From the NCBI RefSeq assembly GCF_964204645.1, contig NC_134026.1, forward strand, positions 27,314,150 through 27,378,149: DNA of 64,000 nucleotides, in the 5' to 3' direction. This document shows, one piece after another, positions 24,991 through 36,872 of the stretch (the stretch's first letter is position 1; every line of letters starts with the position of its first letter). Under the pieces are notes generated by a model that ran no database searches, was not told the DNA's origin, and saw nothing but the letters and a program-made list of their open reading frames with translations. The translations under genes were made by a program, and so were the position numbers. This DNA comes from Tubulanus polymorphus (taxonomy: Eukaryota; Animalia; Nemertea).

Positions 24991-27900
24991 CCATCTCTGC
25001 GTAGAATAAATTGCCTGATCTGCCGTCACTGATAAGCTAATTTAGCTATTAGTACTGACGAAATCTTGATCCAAATTGGGAAATAGTGTAAAGATAGCTG
25101 GACACTATACAGTGAAAATGTTAATTTGTCCATTTACATGCTGGGAATTGTATTAAACGGATGATGGTTTATATTAGATTGACTATTTGATCATTTGTGT
25201 TTGAGTATATAGAGGTTGATCTCGTGTCATTGCAATCAGAAATTCAATGTTTTATTTGGCACCAGCAAATAGACTGTTTGTGAACGTTTTAAAATTTTTC
25301 GACTGTTTCATTCGTTTTTTAATAAACTTCAACTATATCGTACTTACATGTTTATATAATTGTACTTAGTTAATTCATTGAAAATTTTTGATGTTTTTGT
25401 AGAGTCTATTTTTATATTGATTATCATTGTAACGCGTTGTAATCGCATTTTGATAATTGCCACCATGTGGTATTAATGCGGCCTGTACGATCGATTGATG
25501 ATGCTTTGATGAATGTGTTTCAAGGTTCACTTCTCCAACATCGAACGCTCTCCGGTCGAGAGAAATTTTACATTCAAGTGCCTGATTGAACGATCCGGAC
25601 TTTGAAGAGATAAAATTGGCATGAGCAAGACGCAAATGACGCATGAGATCAACTAGACGTCTTTCTTACATCGGGATTAGCACTAGTAAATTTACATTTC
25701 ACTGATCACTGATGGCTTACATTTAGTGTGGACCAAATCTCCGGAGATCATGACAAAACTCTTGAGTAGATGATCCCTCTAATTGGCCCAAATTGATAGT
25801 TGATAGTTTGCAAATCTCAACTGACTTAGCGAGAGACTTAAAACAATCTATTCCTGAGTAACCGGTTCCAGATTATCTAGTTCTGGAAAACTGAATCCTT
25901 GAATTTTCATGCTCGCAAACCCTTGTATTTGTGGTGGATTATTTTACTGGCAATCCATTTACTATAAGCCGCTGCATCAATCCTCCATCACGGTGGATAC
26001 TGAAAGCCCTTCTGCGAATCGTCATCGTTTTCGATTCGATGGGTTGAAATGTTCTAAAACGGATATCACTTGAGTAGGACGATGACACAAGTGGATGAGA
26101 ACGAAAGCCTTGCTGGCAGGATGAAATATCCAACCCATATTGTGAAGCGATACGTGAACTCGTTGGTTCTATTTTGAGAAAACTTCAAATTATGGCATTT
26201 TATCGATAAACTCATTTTTTACATCCACACATTCGACGTTCTCAATCAATAACATAAATCATTAAAATTTTATACACAGTTTGCTTAACATCTTAAATAG
26301 CAATAGAACATTATGAAAGAGTGGTGTTAACCATCTAATGTCAGATATCTTCAAAACCTGCTGAATCGATAACATTTATTTATGTGCAATAAGGTTTAAA
26401 AAAGAATTAAGAGGATAACAACAACCAGATATTTGTTCGTACAACTGGAAATAACATTACCAGAAACAAATGCTTTGAGATGCTGTTAATCTCCTTAATT
26501 CCTTTCATAAAGATAACATATGCTTTTATGATCTACTGCCAGAGGTTCAAAACAGCCACCCACCACCATTCGGCTCAACGGAGAAGATAACTGTTCACTT
26601 TCTCCAGGGGTAACTGAAGTGAAAGGAATTTAGAGCAAAACAGATTCTCTCTGTATATTGTTAAATCCATTTTAACGAATATGAATCCATACTATACATA
26701 TGTACATTGGAAATTGATAATGTGTGGAATGACAGAAGTGGTCTACGACACACTTGTACCACAAACCATCATTTGTAAACTGGTATTCGACATCAAACAA
26801 TAAAATCTACCTGCGCTGAGAATTGAAATGTACAGTATATATATAGATACACAGTATGAGAATATATATATACGGTAGCAAAGCCAAAAGAAGCATTAAC
26901 ATGAGATAAGACGTCATTTGTGCAAATTGTGAAATAGATTTTGAGGGTTAAAGTGATGAATGATATCAGTTATCTTCAGGCAATATTTGATAAATTCCTT
27001 TTCCTGAAGGGAATAATTCGTTAATATGTCGCGGTGTTATGATGTTTTTAAAACGCTGCATATACAAAGTTTTTAAAACGCTACCGTTCAGTTCAGTATG
27101 ATTGATTACATTTCTGTAATTATTGTTTATTCATGAGATCGGAATTTCTCGATCAATTTAAAAATGAAATGAACTGTTGTTCATAAATCAGGTATATTAG
27201 CGAGTATAGCTGGGAAGGAGACATGCTTGTAGTTATCAATTCTATTGTCAGAGAGCAGAGATGAATATTGTGCGCATGATGGATTATAGTATGTTAAGTA
27301 TCAGATATTGAGTACCGATGTCCCAAGTGGTTCGTGTTTGTGCCACCTCTTCACAGGATAGAAATTGGGTTTAACAATATAGTGGCTAGTCGTGTATCAT
27401 CAGTCCCGTGGTCTGATTGCGTTGTATCTCTAGAGGAAATATATCACTTAGATATTTCAGTTTGATAGCGCATCTACTGATGGACGATCCATCACTGTAT
27501 CAGTTCGGTGGGAATATCACGGTTTTCGCCTTGTTAATTACATGGACAAACTAATGAATAGTCGTGCCTGACTCGCATAGAAGTTTGACTTAATTTGATT
27601 GCACTCGTGCAAACCCTTGAATGAAATATCCATTATGATAATTCAAATGAAATTACCCACGATGACATGGTGGACAACTGCATAGATTATCTTCGCTTCC
27701 TTCCAGAGAGATGGAACTGCAATGGAAGGGTAGAAGTATATACGCAACGACTAATTAACATTCTTGCAAACCAATAAACTCTGACCGAAAATGTTTTTGT
27801 CACTTATTCTTTCTAAACACATGAATGAAAATCAATTGTGATTATCTTGTTTTCTCGTCAGTGTATCTTCGATGAGAGTCATCGCAGATGTTTGGTCGGT

Positions 27901-30900
27901 CTCCCTCTCTCTCTCGTTCGTTCGTGCGTGTCTGTTCATCATTTTCCGTATCGAGATCAACAGACCCTTTAATCATCTAAACAGCGCAATAAAACTATTT
28001 CTTGCTAGATTCACCTGAGATCAGACAACGAGCAGCGTCAGACAATAACACAAATATCGACACGACAACGTTCCGTACATATACGTATATTATAGTTCTT
28101 TAGCAGAAATATGCGACGATCTTTTTATTAGCTCTTTCAGCTGCGTTCTCTATAGTCAATTATCTGATCAAATTCCTTTTAACTAAGTTAACGTGTAACA
28201 CCTGTTCCTTACACTTGTTTACATCTTTACAGTTTGTAATCCACCGATATACCAGACACCCATACTCAGGTAAACACTATTTGACGTAAGGCGCTTAGAC
28301 GTGAAATAAAAAAAAAATACTTATGGCGCAACGTTCAAAATAAAGACTAAAAAAATGATTGAAGCATTAAATGGACCCGAATAAACTTTGGATATGATAT
28401 CACACGGATAAGATTCTAATCATCTCATTTGTGATTGTTCATCGTATAACAAGTGAAAAATTGTTCCAAGATTAAATTCGCTTGGATGATAAATATACGT
28501 CACATGAGACCGTCACTAAGCGACGAACGATGAATTCTTTCGCTTATCTTGCGTGGATTTTTTTAATCAAATGCTCATCATTACATGTTATTACGAATTA
28601 TTAATGATGAGTGAATTGGAGAAGGATGAATATAAGTTAGTACTCTCGATACGGGGTGTGGAACATGATCCTGAAACCTTGTACAGATATATTGCTGTGT
28701 GCTAATCAGTTTCTGTGCTTCTCGTCAGACTTTTCATTTTTTCATTAATATTTTGTCATGGCTAGGCCGTATATACATGTATAGTGATATTTTCTTTCAT
28801 GGATCAATTTTCTCATCCGGGATGACCTGTTCCTTGTATCTTTATATCGATGACACAAAAATAGATCGTTAGTTAGTTATCATGGATGGTATTGAAGCCG
28901 ATAACCCCCACAAAAAAACATTTAGGTTTTATAACCCACAACTGCAGTTTTCAAACTCATCATGGCCATTATCGGATTGCAAAAATACATTCCACTGATG
29001 AACTTTGCCCATTGATGCATTTCAGGCATTTTACAGTTGCTTCCATATCCGATTTCGATGAAAGCATTTTCATGTTGCAAGTGGATATCACAGTGAAGAC
29101 TGCGAAACATCTTACCCTGGGAATAATTCAATTATTCACCTGATTAATTTCATATCCAGATTTCTGCTTCAGTTTTATCCGACGTCTTTATAACCTCTGT
29201 TAATTCCGAACACATGGGGTTTTTTGCTTTAAGTTTATTTCATTGTATGTATATTTGTGATGTGATCAGCCTCCCGAAACATACACTCTATATCTAATCA
29301 TCTATGAAGCCCTGTTTTGTCACCAAACTTGGAATTATATTAATTTGCGTTCCATCATTGCGAGAAGAGAAAATGCAACAATTGGATAATCAACTTCAGT
29401 AGGTCTTCACAGTTGTATACTGGTGTATACAAAATTTCATTTTCCTCAATCCCTAATAAATCGAATTTAAATCGTTGGCTACCAAATGCAATTTGATTTA
29501 ACAGATTATGTAGGGTTCCTGTCAAATATAATTGACAGACACACAGAATGGGACTAATGCAATATCCTAATTCAGTCGATTCGTCGAATACTTTACCAAT
29601 GCAATTATTTTGGCTTCATTTCATCCAAACTGACAAGTTGCAATGGTACCGGTTTGTGGTGTATTTACAAATAAAAACGTATCCTTCATCTCAACCAACT
29701 GCAGAAACGCTAGAAAACGCACGCATGGCAGAAAAGCATTATTCTTAGAAATCCTAGCTTGTTCTTTTAGCAGTATGAAATTCAATATACTACTCATCCA
29801 GCATTTTGCCATTAGCTATGATGTACTACACCACACACAGATCCAGATATGGTAGAGAAATTGATAATCATTTTGTGATTGAAAACGTTCATTATTATTG
29901 AGTTAGTCCTCAAATCTGCAATGGATATTGACAGAAAACATAATCAGCCATTCATTTTAATCAAGTATTGTGGAGCTAAACAAATGATCTAGTTGTCAAA
30001 CAGTCAGGCAAGCAATTATGCTTTTGGCAGGCTACAAGGATATAAATTGCACTGGTGAATGGTAACATATTCTCTCAACCATGGCATAATTTCCTCTGTC
30101 TTGATGGATGGACGTGTAATGAAAGCAGGCACACACCAAAGCTTGATCACAGTTGATGTTTATGATGCATTTATTGCATCAACTAATAGTTCATATTTAG
30201 AGTTATCATATATTCTGGTTGAGTTTCGAAATGATGCTGGCTAAGTCTCAGCTTTCTTTGATATCAAAATACGATAAGTAACGCTTCAATTTCGCTCTGA
30301 ACTTTCGTTGATAAAATCCACTGCGATAATGATTCATATCAGATATATAGCCTCCGTATCGTATTGATATGAGTAGGAATGTTATCATGTAATTTCTTTT
30401 TCGGCCATTTTTATTTCTTCGCTACTCGACATCATGGTGTAGTACCGAAGTGTTGAATTGCTCGAACGCTAGAATTCTTGTTCTCTCATTTCCTACAAAA
30501 ATTAGCTTTATATAAAAATCAATTGTAGCAATGCAGTCACGACAGGTTCCTGGATGTGTTTTGTTTGATGCAGTGCCAGTCAACACGGCAGAAATGTGAT
30601 CTCATATTTGCTGTTTGACACGTTTCTTCGGTTTCTTTCATCGAAACCTCTGGCAAATAAATCTGAGTTTTCAATACAGAGCGTGTATTGAGAATCCGAG
30701 AAGAACGGCGCCAATGACATCTGCGAGTAGATTTAACACACATTCGTTAGGAATGGTTATGGTGTGATCTGATTTTATTCTCCATAATTTGATTGATACT
30801 ATAGATGTATGGAATAACGTTAATAAAATATGAAAGCCAGCTTCTTCGCATAATTAATAAAGAAAGGAGTAAAAAATGAGTTTCATCGAATACAAGCCGA

Positions 30901-31514
30901 CAACATTTATCTAATCATCAAAACAAGACTAGGCCTATTGGTAAAATCGCATAGCATAAATTGGAAATTCTTCATACAATCAAATATCATTGGCAATTTC
31001 TGCACTTACGTTTCAAGATAAGAAAGCTTTTAAGCTGTTCAAAATGATGAAACTATATGTTTTTCTGAATGCCAATATGTGATTTGTAATACAGTATTAC
31101 TGTTTCCTGTTTTCGGTTCCAACTTTTAGATTTTTGATGAATGACAGGATGTGATTGTGACTACGATTTTTATCGAAACCTGCTTAATGTCTTGTGGTAA
31201 AGGATTATAAAAGCTACTTAAAAGTTTTATTTGCATATTTTGCAGATAATACATCCAATATCGTGGTTGTACTTAAGCAGTCCCGCGATGAAATTGACCA
31301 AGAATCTTATATTATTTTGAACGCTTCAGTGAATGCATTCAAGGTGCATTCAAAATGTTCGGACGATGGCTTGACGTACATGACCTGAACTATAATAATC
31401 ATGTGAACTACTTTTTCTCCGTTGATGGTCAATCAAATTGCAACGATTATGAGATTGTTGAAACAATTTTTACCAATATAGAATACACGTCACGGAGCAC
31501 TTCGTCGGCGCAAT

Positions 31515-34498
31515 TCAGTAATCAAGCAGTTCTGGTACTTCCTTTGAGTCATGTCTCTTCTCAACCTTCAGTTTTATGGGTAATGTGGGTTGATTCAATT
31601 GGTTTTTGATCAGCGGAATCTGTTGTATGTATATCATTATATCACAGTGACTCATTTAATCAAACTTCACAGTAATAAACATGTATATGTAAACATCACC
31701 TGTGTTTCCACACATGGGGTAAATCTGAAGTGCTGAAGTATGCTCGCAATTGCAGTTTTGATTTTGACGAGGGCAAGCCTTTTAGCGATGCAGTTCCTTG
31801 GTCCCATACCGAAAGGCATGTAACTACTAGGGTGTCGTCCTCTGCTATTCTCAGCTGAAAATCTGAAAATGCCAGAAGCAAACCGTATTACATGTATTCC
31901 AAAAAACTCCATCTAATTATTAAATATTATTACTTGTATGCACACCTCTCCGGGTTGAATTTCTCTGGCTCTGGCCATATATCCGGGTCCATGTGTATTG
32001 CAAGAACGGGAACTAGAATATCCCAACCTTTCTGAATCACAAAATCTCCGACCGCGGTAGTTTCATTGCACAGACGTTCATGCCTACAAAAATCCGAATC
32101 CATATATTTTGAAGGTGGTATATTTACAAAAGATCGAGTGGTAGGTAATCGCATGATTTTTAGAGCTCTCCTTCGAACTTCACCTGAATATCACAGCATG
32201 TAACCTTCCACATTCATTCACTACCATATCCATATATTTCAATTCATTTATATTATCGTAGGAGACTTTATGCTGTGACATAAAACAATGTTCTTATAGA
32301 TAAAAGCTACTAAATGACAAAACTGTTGCCAATGATCTAGGATGATTGCAGATTTACCAACCAATCATGTATGACAAGGCTTTTGGCAAGTGCTGTACTT
32401 ACATCCCCAACGGTACCATCAATTTCCTTTATGAGTTTTTCTTGGACATCAGGATGAACTGCCAGACAGTAGGCTACGTAAGTCATTGTATTCGATATGT
32501 TTTCAAAGCCGAAGATGAAAAGGAATGCTTGGACGAGTATCTCTTCTAGGAGCAGACCTATCATGATTGTTCCATTCTATATCATTACCGGCTTCAGACT
32601 GATATAACCAACCGATTCATATTTTGCGTACCTTTTTTCGACCATTTAAAACCTCGCGTTTCTCTGTCAGTTTCTGAGTCATCGATTTTGGCTCGCACCA
32701 TCAACTGCAAGAAATCTTCATTGATCTGAAATAACAAACATAACCTTGCTTAAGATTCGTTTTCTCCAAAGCTGACGTATATTCAAAAGATTGAATCGTT
32801 AAAAACAAACGTATCATTCCTCGTCATAATTGATCAATCCTTCCCTTGCTTCTATTGCGTCACGAACTAAATCCATGAAGTAATCCACAGATTCCTTTGG
32901 TGCGGTGCGATATCCAAAATGTTTTAATAAAGAAAGCAGACCTGGAAAAACAACTATTTGTATTTGGTTGATTGAGTCACTTATACGAGCGGGGAGAATA
33001 TATTACTTTCCTGTCTTAGTTTTGATTCAAGGCTCACCTAAAAGATACATCCATCTCGGTTTTTGTTGCATAGTTTTAAACAATTGTTTAGCGTGCATGA
33101 ATATCGATTCATTAGCATTCTTCAATGAGTTGATTTGCAAGCCAAACATCGTACTGAAGATTGTGTCCAAGGAAAAACGTGCGAACAACCTGGGAATTAA
33201 AAGAATTTATTCAACCTAATGGTCCCGCATATAGCTACGTAACTAATCATTGATGATTGTGTTCACGTACTCATTCATATCTACCGGTTGATCTTTCTTG
33301 GCACGTTCTCCTAGGATTTCCAAAAGATTTTTTATACTTGGTTCCATTAAACTATTCATCTGTAGTAATAATGACAAAAAGGCTGCATTCCACGCGACAA
33401 AATAAGTATAAGTATATAAATGTATTTGGTTATAATCAGGCCTACCTTTCTTAATTTTCCAGTACTAAATGTGGGCGTCAAAAGAGATCGGACATGTTTC
33501 CAATGATCACCCGACAACTTAGACAATACGTTATCAATACCAAAAATACTGCTATCATCAAGTCGCAAGTTGTTCTAAAGATAATTGTCACGAGGCTTAT
33601 ACGTAACCGCTGAGGGATAATGACTGAAACCTTGAATCTAAATAGTACTTATATACCTCATTCTTATTGATAAATGAAGACGACTTCTTCGTCATTATCA
33701 TCCGTATCATATCTAAATCACACACCGTTAAAACATACCGTCCACATAAATACGACCTGCATTAAATATTTAATGTATTTATTTAAAGTATTAATTTTTG
33801 TAACTAAGAACAACCTTGCATCTTAACGTCACTTATATACATAAATGCGTACGTACCCAAACACCTTTTTCTTCTTATATAGGTTGTATAACCTCGTGTC
33901 ATAATTATAAATCCCCTGAAATAAAGAACTACTTCTATCTACTATGATAAATACATGATTTACTTTCTCCGTTTATCTAAAACTGACCTCGATAATAAGT
34001 TGATGCCCAGTTCCAATAAAAGGTAAACCCATTGGTGACGCTATACTATGTTGGGCAAAGTAGCGTTGTGGAACAATAACATATCTAATAAAGAAAATGT
34101 CGCATACAAAAAATCTTTAAATCTCAATGTTCGGTGAAATGGTGATACGCAGTGGGAAATCCCTCTGGCGCGTAATCTCAAACTCAAGCGGTTAATGATC
34201 TGTCGTCAGGAAAGTTATGCAAAAAATTGAATCCAGGCCCAAATTGCAAATAACTCTGAAAAAATGGGAAATATAGCTTTAACAGATACTATTTCAAAAT
34301 GAATTGAATTCGTGATCATTCGCGAACAATGAGAACATTGAGGGACCGCCACAATATGGCGGATAGAAACTAGAAACTTCTTAATAAAGAAAGCTAAACC
34401 GCTTTAAATGAATGGATTGTATATGATACCTACTTGTTTAACAGATACACCAATCCTATAAGGATTCCTAATAATGTTAAAAACAGTTCGGCATACAT
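31515..34498 (-). CDS. Cytochrome P450, CYP3 clan (CYP3A/CYP5A-like), 522 aa if spliced; atypical enzyme or young pseudogene
   Basis: 14 exons: 34498-34434, 34084-33988, 33915-33857, 33756-33657, 33574-33446, 33359-33271, 33189-33038, 32953-32820, 32725-32632, 32557-32403, 32272-32184, 32083-31946, 31862-31700, 31619-31515. N-terminal TM, GLPFIG, WKHVRSLLTPTFSTGKLR, ECGR (ExxR), PEKFNPERF, FGMGPRNCIA heme motif. Intron 8 begins GA; I-helix reads FIF-GFENIS. Confidence 0.9.
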
Positions 34499-36828
34499 GT
34501 TTGTTGTTACATCTTGTTGTCTTTTGCCTTGTAAGGAACAGGCTTACCGTATTACGGAATTTGCGAACAGAAAATACTTGCTGTGAATAGAAATGTTATT
34601 TTCATTCAAAAGTGGTTTTTGTTATTTCTATGAGGTTTTAACAAAGTTATTTTAGTTCTATTCGTCGAGAATTGTGTGGTTTTCGAGGAATCCTGAATTA
34701 TAAGTGAATTTTAGCTTTGCTACAAGGCTATATAATATAAGAATTGAAAGGAAACATGTTTTGATATAAATCAAGGTTGAATCCAATAAATTGTGAATCC
34801 ACTTTTATTTGTAGTTAAGCTATCAACCTTGGGTTGTCGGTGTCGTGTTGGAATCAAAAGCAGATTATTGAAATCGCAATTATTTCCCATCATTTATGAA
34901 ATTACGACGCATGTCCGTTTTATGAACTGTTCATCGTTATCAGTATATTTAAACATTCGTTACAATACTTAGAAATATCCTAATAAATATTGGAAACATT
35001 TGCTGATGAATCTGTCAGCGTCTTTGTAATCTTAAGCGACATGAAATTGAGCGAACTCGCTGTAATGTCTGGAACTAATGAACAGGCAACTGGCTCATAC
35101 ACTAATTGCTGGGAAACTGGTTGCATTGTACGACTGTCACGTCCCAATGCTTGAAGTCGTAGTTAATGTGCTTCATGAGCCATGTCATCGTAAATTCTGC
35201 ACTTAACCGGCTTTTTACAAACTGACTCGATGCAGTGCAATGCATTCATGATAACAACGTTTGATCTCACTTTCAGTAAAAATCATGAAAAAGAAAATGT
35301 CGTAGTTTACTATATGATTTTTTGACGACGAGCTGCAATGAGAAACCGTATTAAGAGATATTGGTGGTTTGGCTTGATAGGAGATGAAAGCCACATGATC
35401 CTCAGTAATTATTAATCAGATATATTCCACAGTTACTTTCCTGAAATGGTCAGGTAAATTGCCACTGTAAATAATGGCCATATGATTGATCGACTTTATA
35501 GTTAACAACGTCTCTATGCACGTTCTGTGTGATTGTCCTGACCATCATTTCTGGTTTTGTCAGCTCGTAATGATCGTTCACTCGGCTGATGACCGTACCA
35601 TAGAGAATATTATATTTGTGGCGAGGAACGAGATCTAAAGATTTGATCACGTAATTGATGTGACTTCGAGCTTCAAGCATATTGCCGCTCGTGGTTCGCA
35701 TGGACGTGTTGGTACAGTATACACCGCGTGTAATCAGGAATAACGCAAAATCAACCGACATCTGACATAGGAAAATCTGTTAATTAGTGAATGATTTATT
35801 ATTTGAAGGGTCAATTTTCAGAAATATTTTCGATTTACAATTTTCGATTTTATCTTGAAATAAAGAATGGTTAGATTTGTGAATGTCTAACGCGTAAATG
35901 TTTATCAATACACAGTGTAGATAGAAATTCTAGTAAAAACCAACATGTGACTGGTTTCTAATGACAGAGTAATGTAGACTCTCGACTGACTCAAGTAGTT
36001 ACATTTACACGAAGGATAAAATGACAACTTGACTATGGCGAACTTCCGCAACGAGGAAAAACTGTCAGCTGAAACAGACTGAATTGGCAACGACCTCTTT
36101 CAAACAAGCTTCTCGAAATGATGATTGTAGACTAGCAGATTGGAGTATACCGTCTAACATTCATTATTTCTAGCGGTTTTTCTCGCAGATGTCACGTGGC
36201 TATTCAATCTACCAGTCGTCGTCTTTTTGAATAGTCTGTGATCATCACAAAATGATTTCTTCGCCAAATGAGTCGACAAATAAATAGATTGTGTGTGAAA
36301 AATTGTATTCTGCTGCTTGATATCGAAAATCTATATCATTTGGTATCATGGTATATTGTGTAGTTCGTCACAATCCCAATTAAAGTTTACCATTTCCTTC
36401 GATATCCCGGTGTGACAGAATAATTCCCGTTGTACTGGCAAAACCTTGTCCGCTGCGACTAAGGAAGCAACATTTGCAGTAAGGATATTAAGTCTACTTC
36501 CTGAATAGGAACTGTCGGGAACACGCGAATATAATTATTATTATTATAGAAATCCTGTAATTGCTATGCAGGGAAAAGTGAAGAATAGCACGGGACGCGG
36601 TCGTGAGATGTACTTGGAAATCACCTTCTTACGGATGTCCATGTAGGCCTAGTCTCGGCTACGGCCCACAAAGATATTCTATAGCATCTAGGGATTTCGC
36701 ACTATACATTTCATACAATGTCCCTTATTTGGATGACCATTAGTGAAACGCTATATGTCTGTGTCGCGACGATATATTGAGAATCCCACAATGATATAAC
36801 GAAATGGAGTTCGAAAAGTTTCGACAAC

Positions 36829-36872
36829 CATTCACTAAGATGACTATTAAGTTATAGTCGAAACGTCGAATC
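36829..36872 (+). ncRNA. Degenerate PLE-type minimal hammerhead
   Basis: attca-CTAAGA-T-GACTAT-taagtt-ATAGTC-GAAA-CG-TC-gaat: 6-bp stem II, GAAACGUC, stem I attc/gaat; the core lacks one G relative to CUGAAGA. Confidence 0.55.

Noticed and set aside
27464-27526. tcggtggga matching the 5' end of miR-278, with partial upstream pairing
   Set aside because: Only 9 nt match, the 3' half differs, and the hairpin is short and interrupted; likely chance.
25000-31450. Several 60-90 aa ORFs between SPO11 and the P450
   Set aside because: No recognisable domain and no phase-consistent exon chain; treated as intergenic/regulatory, though a lncRNA cannot be excluded.
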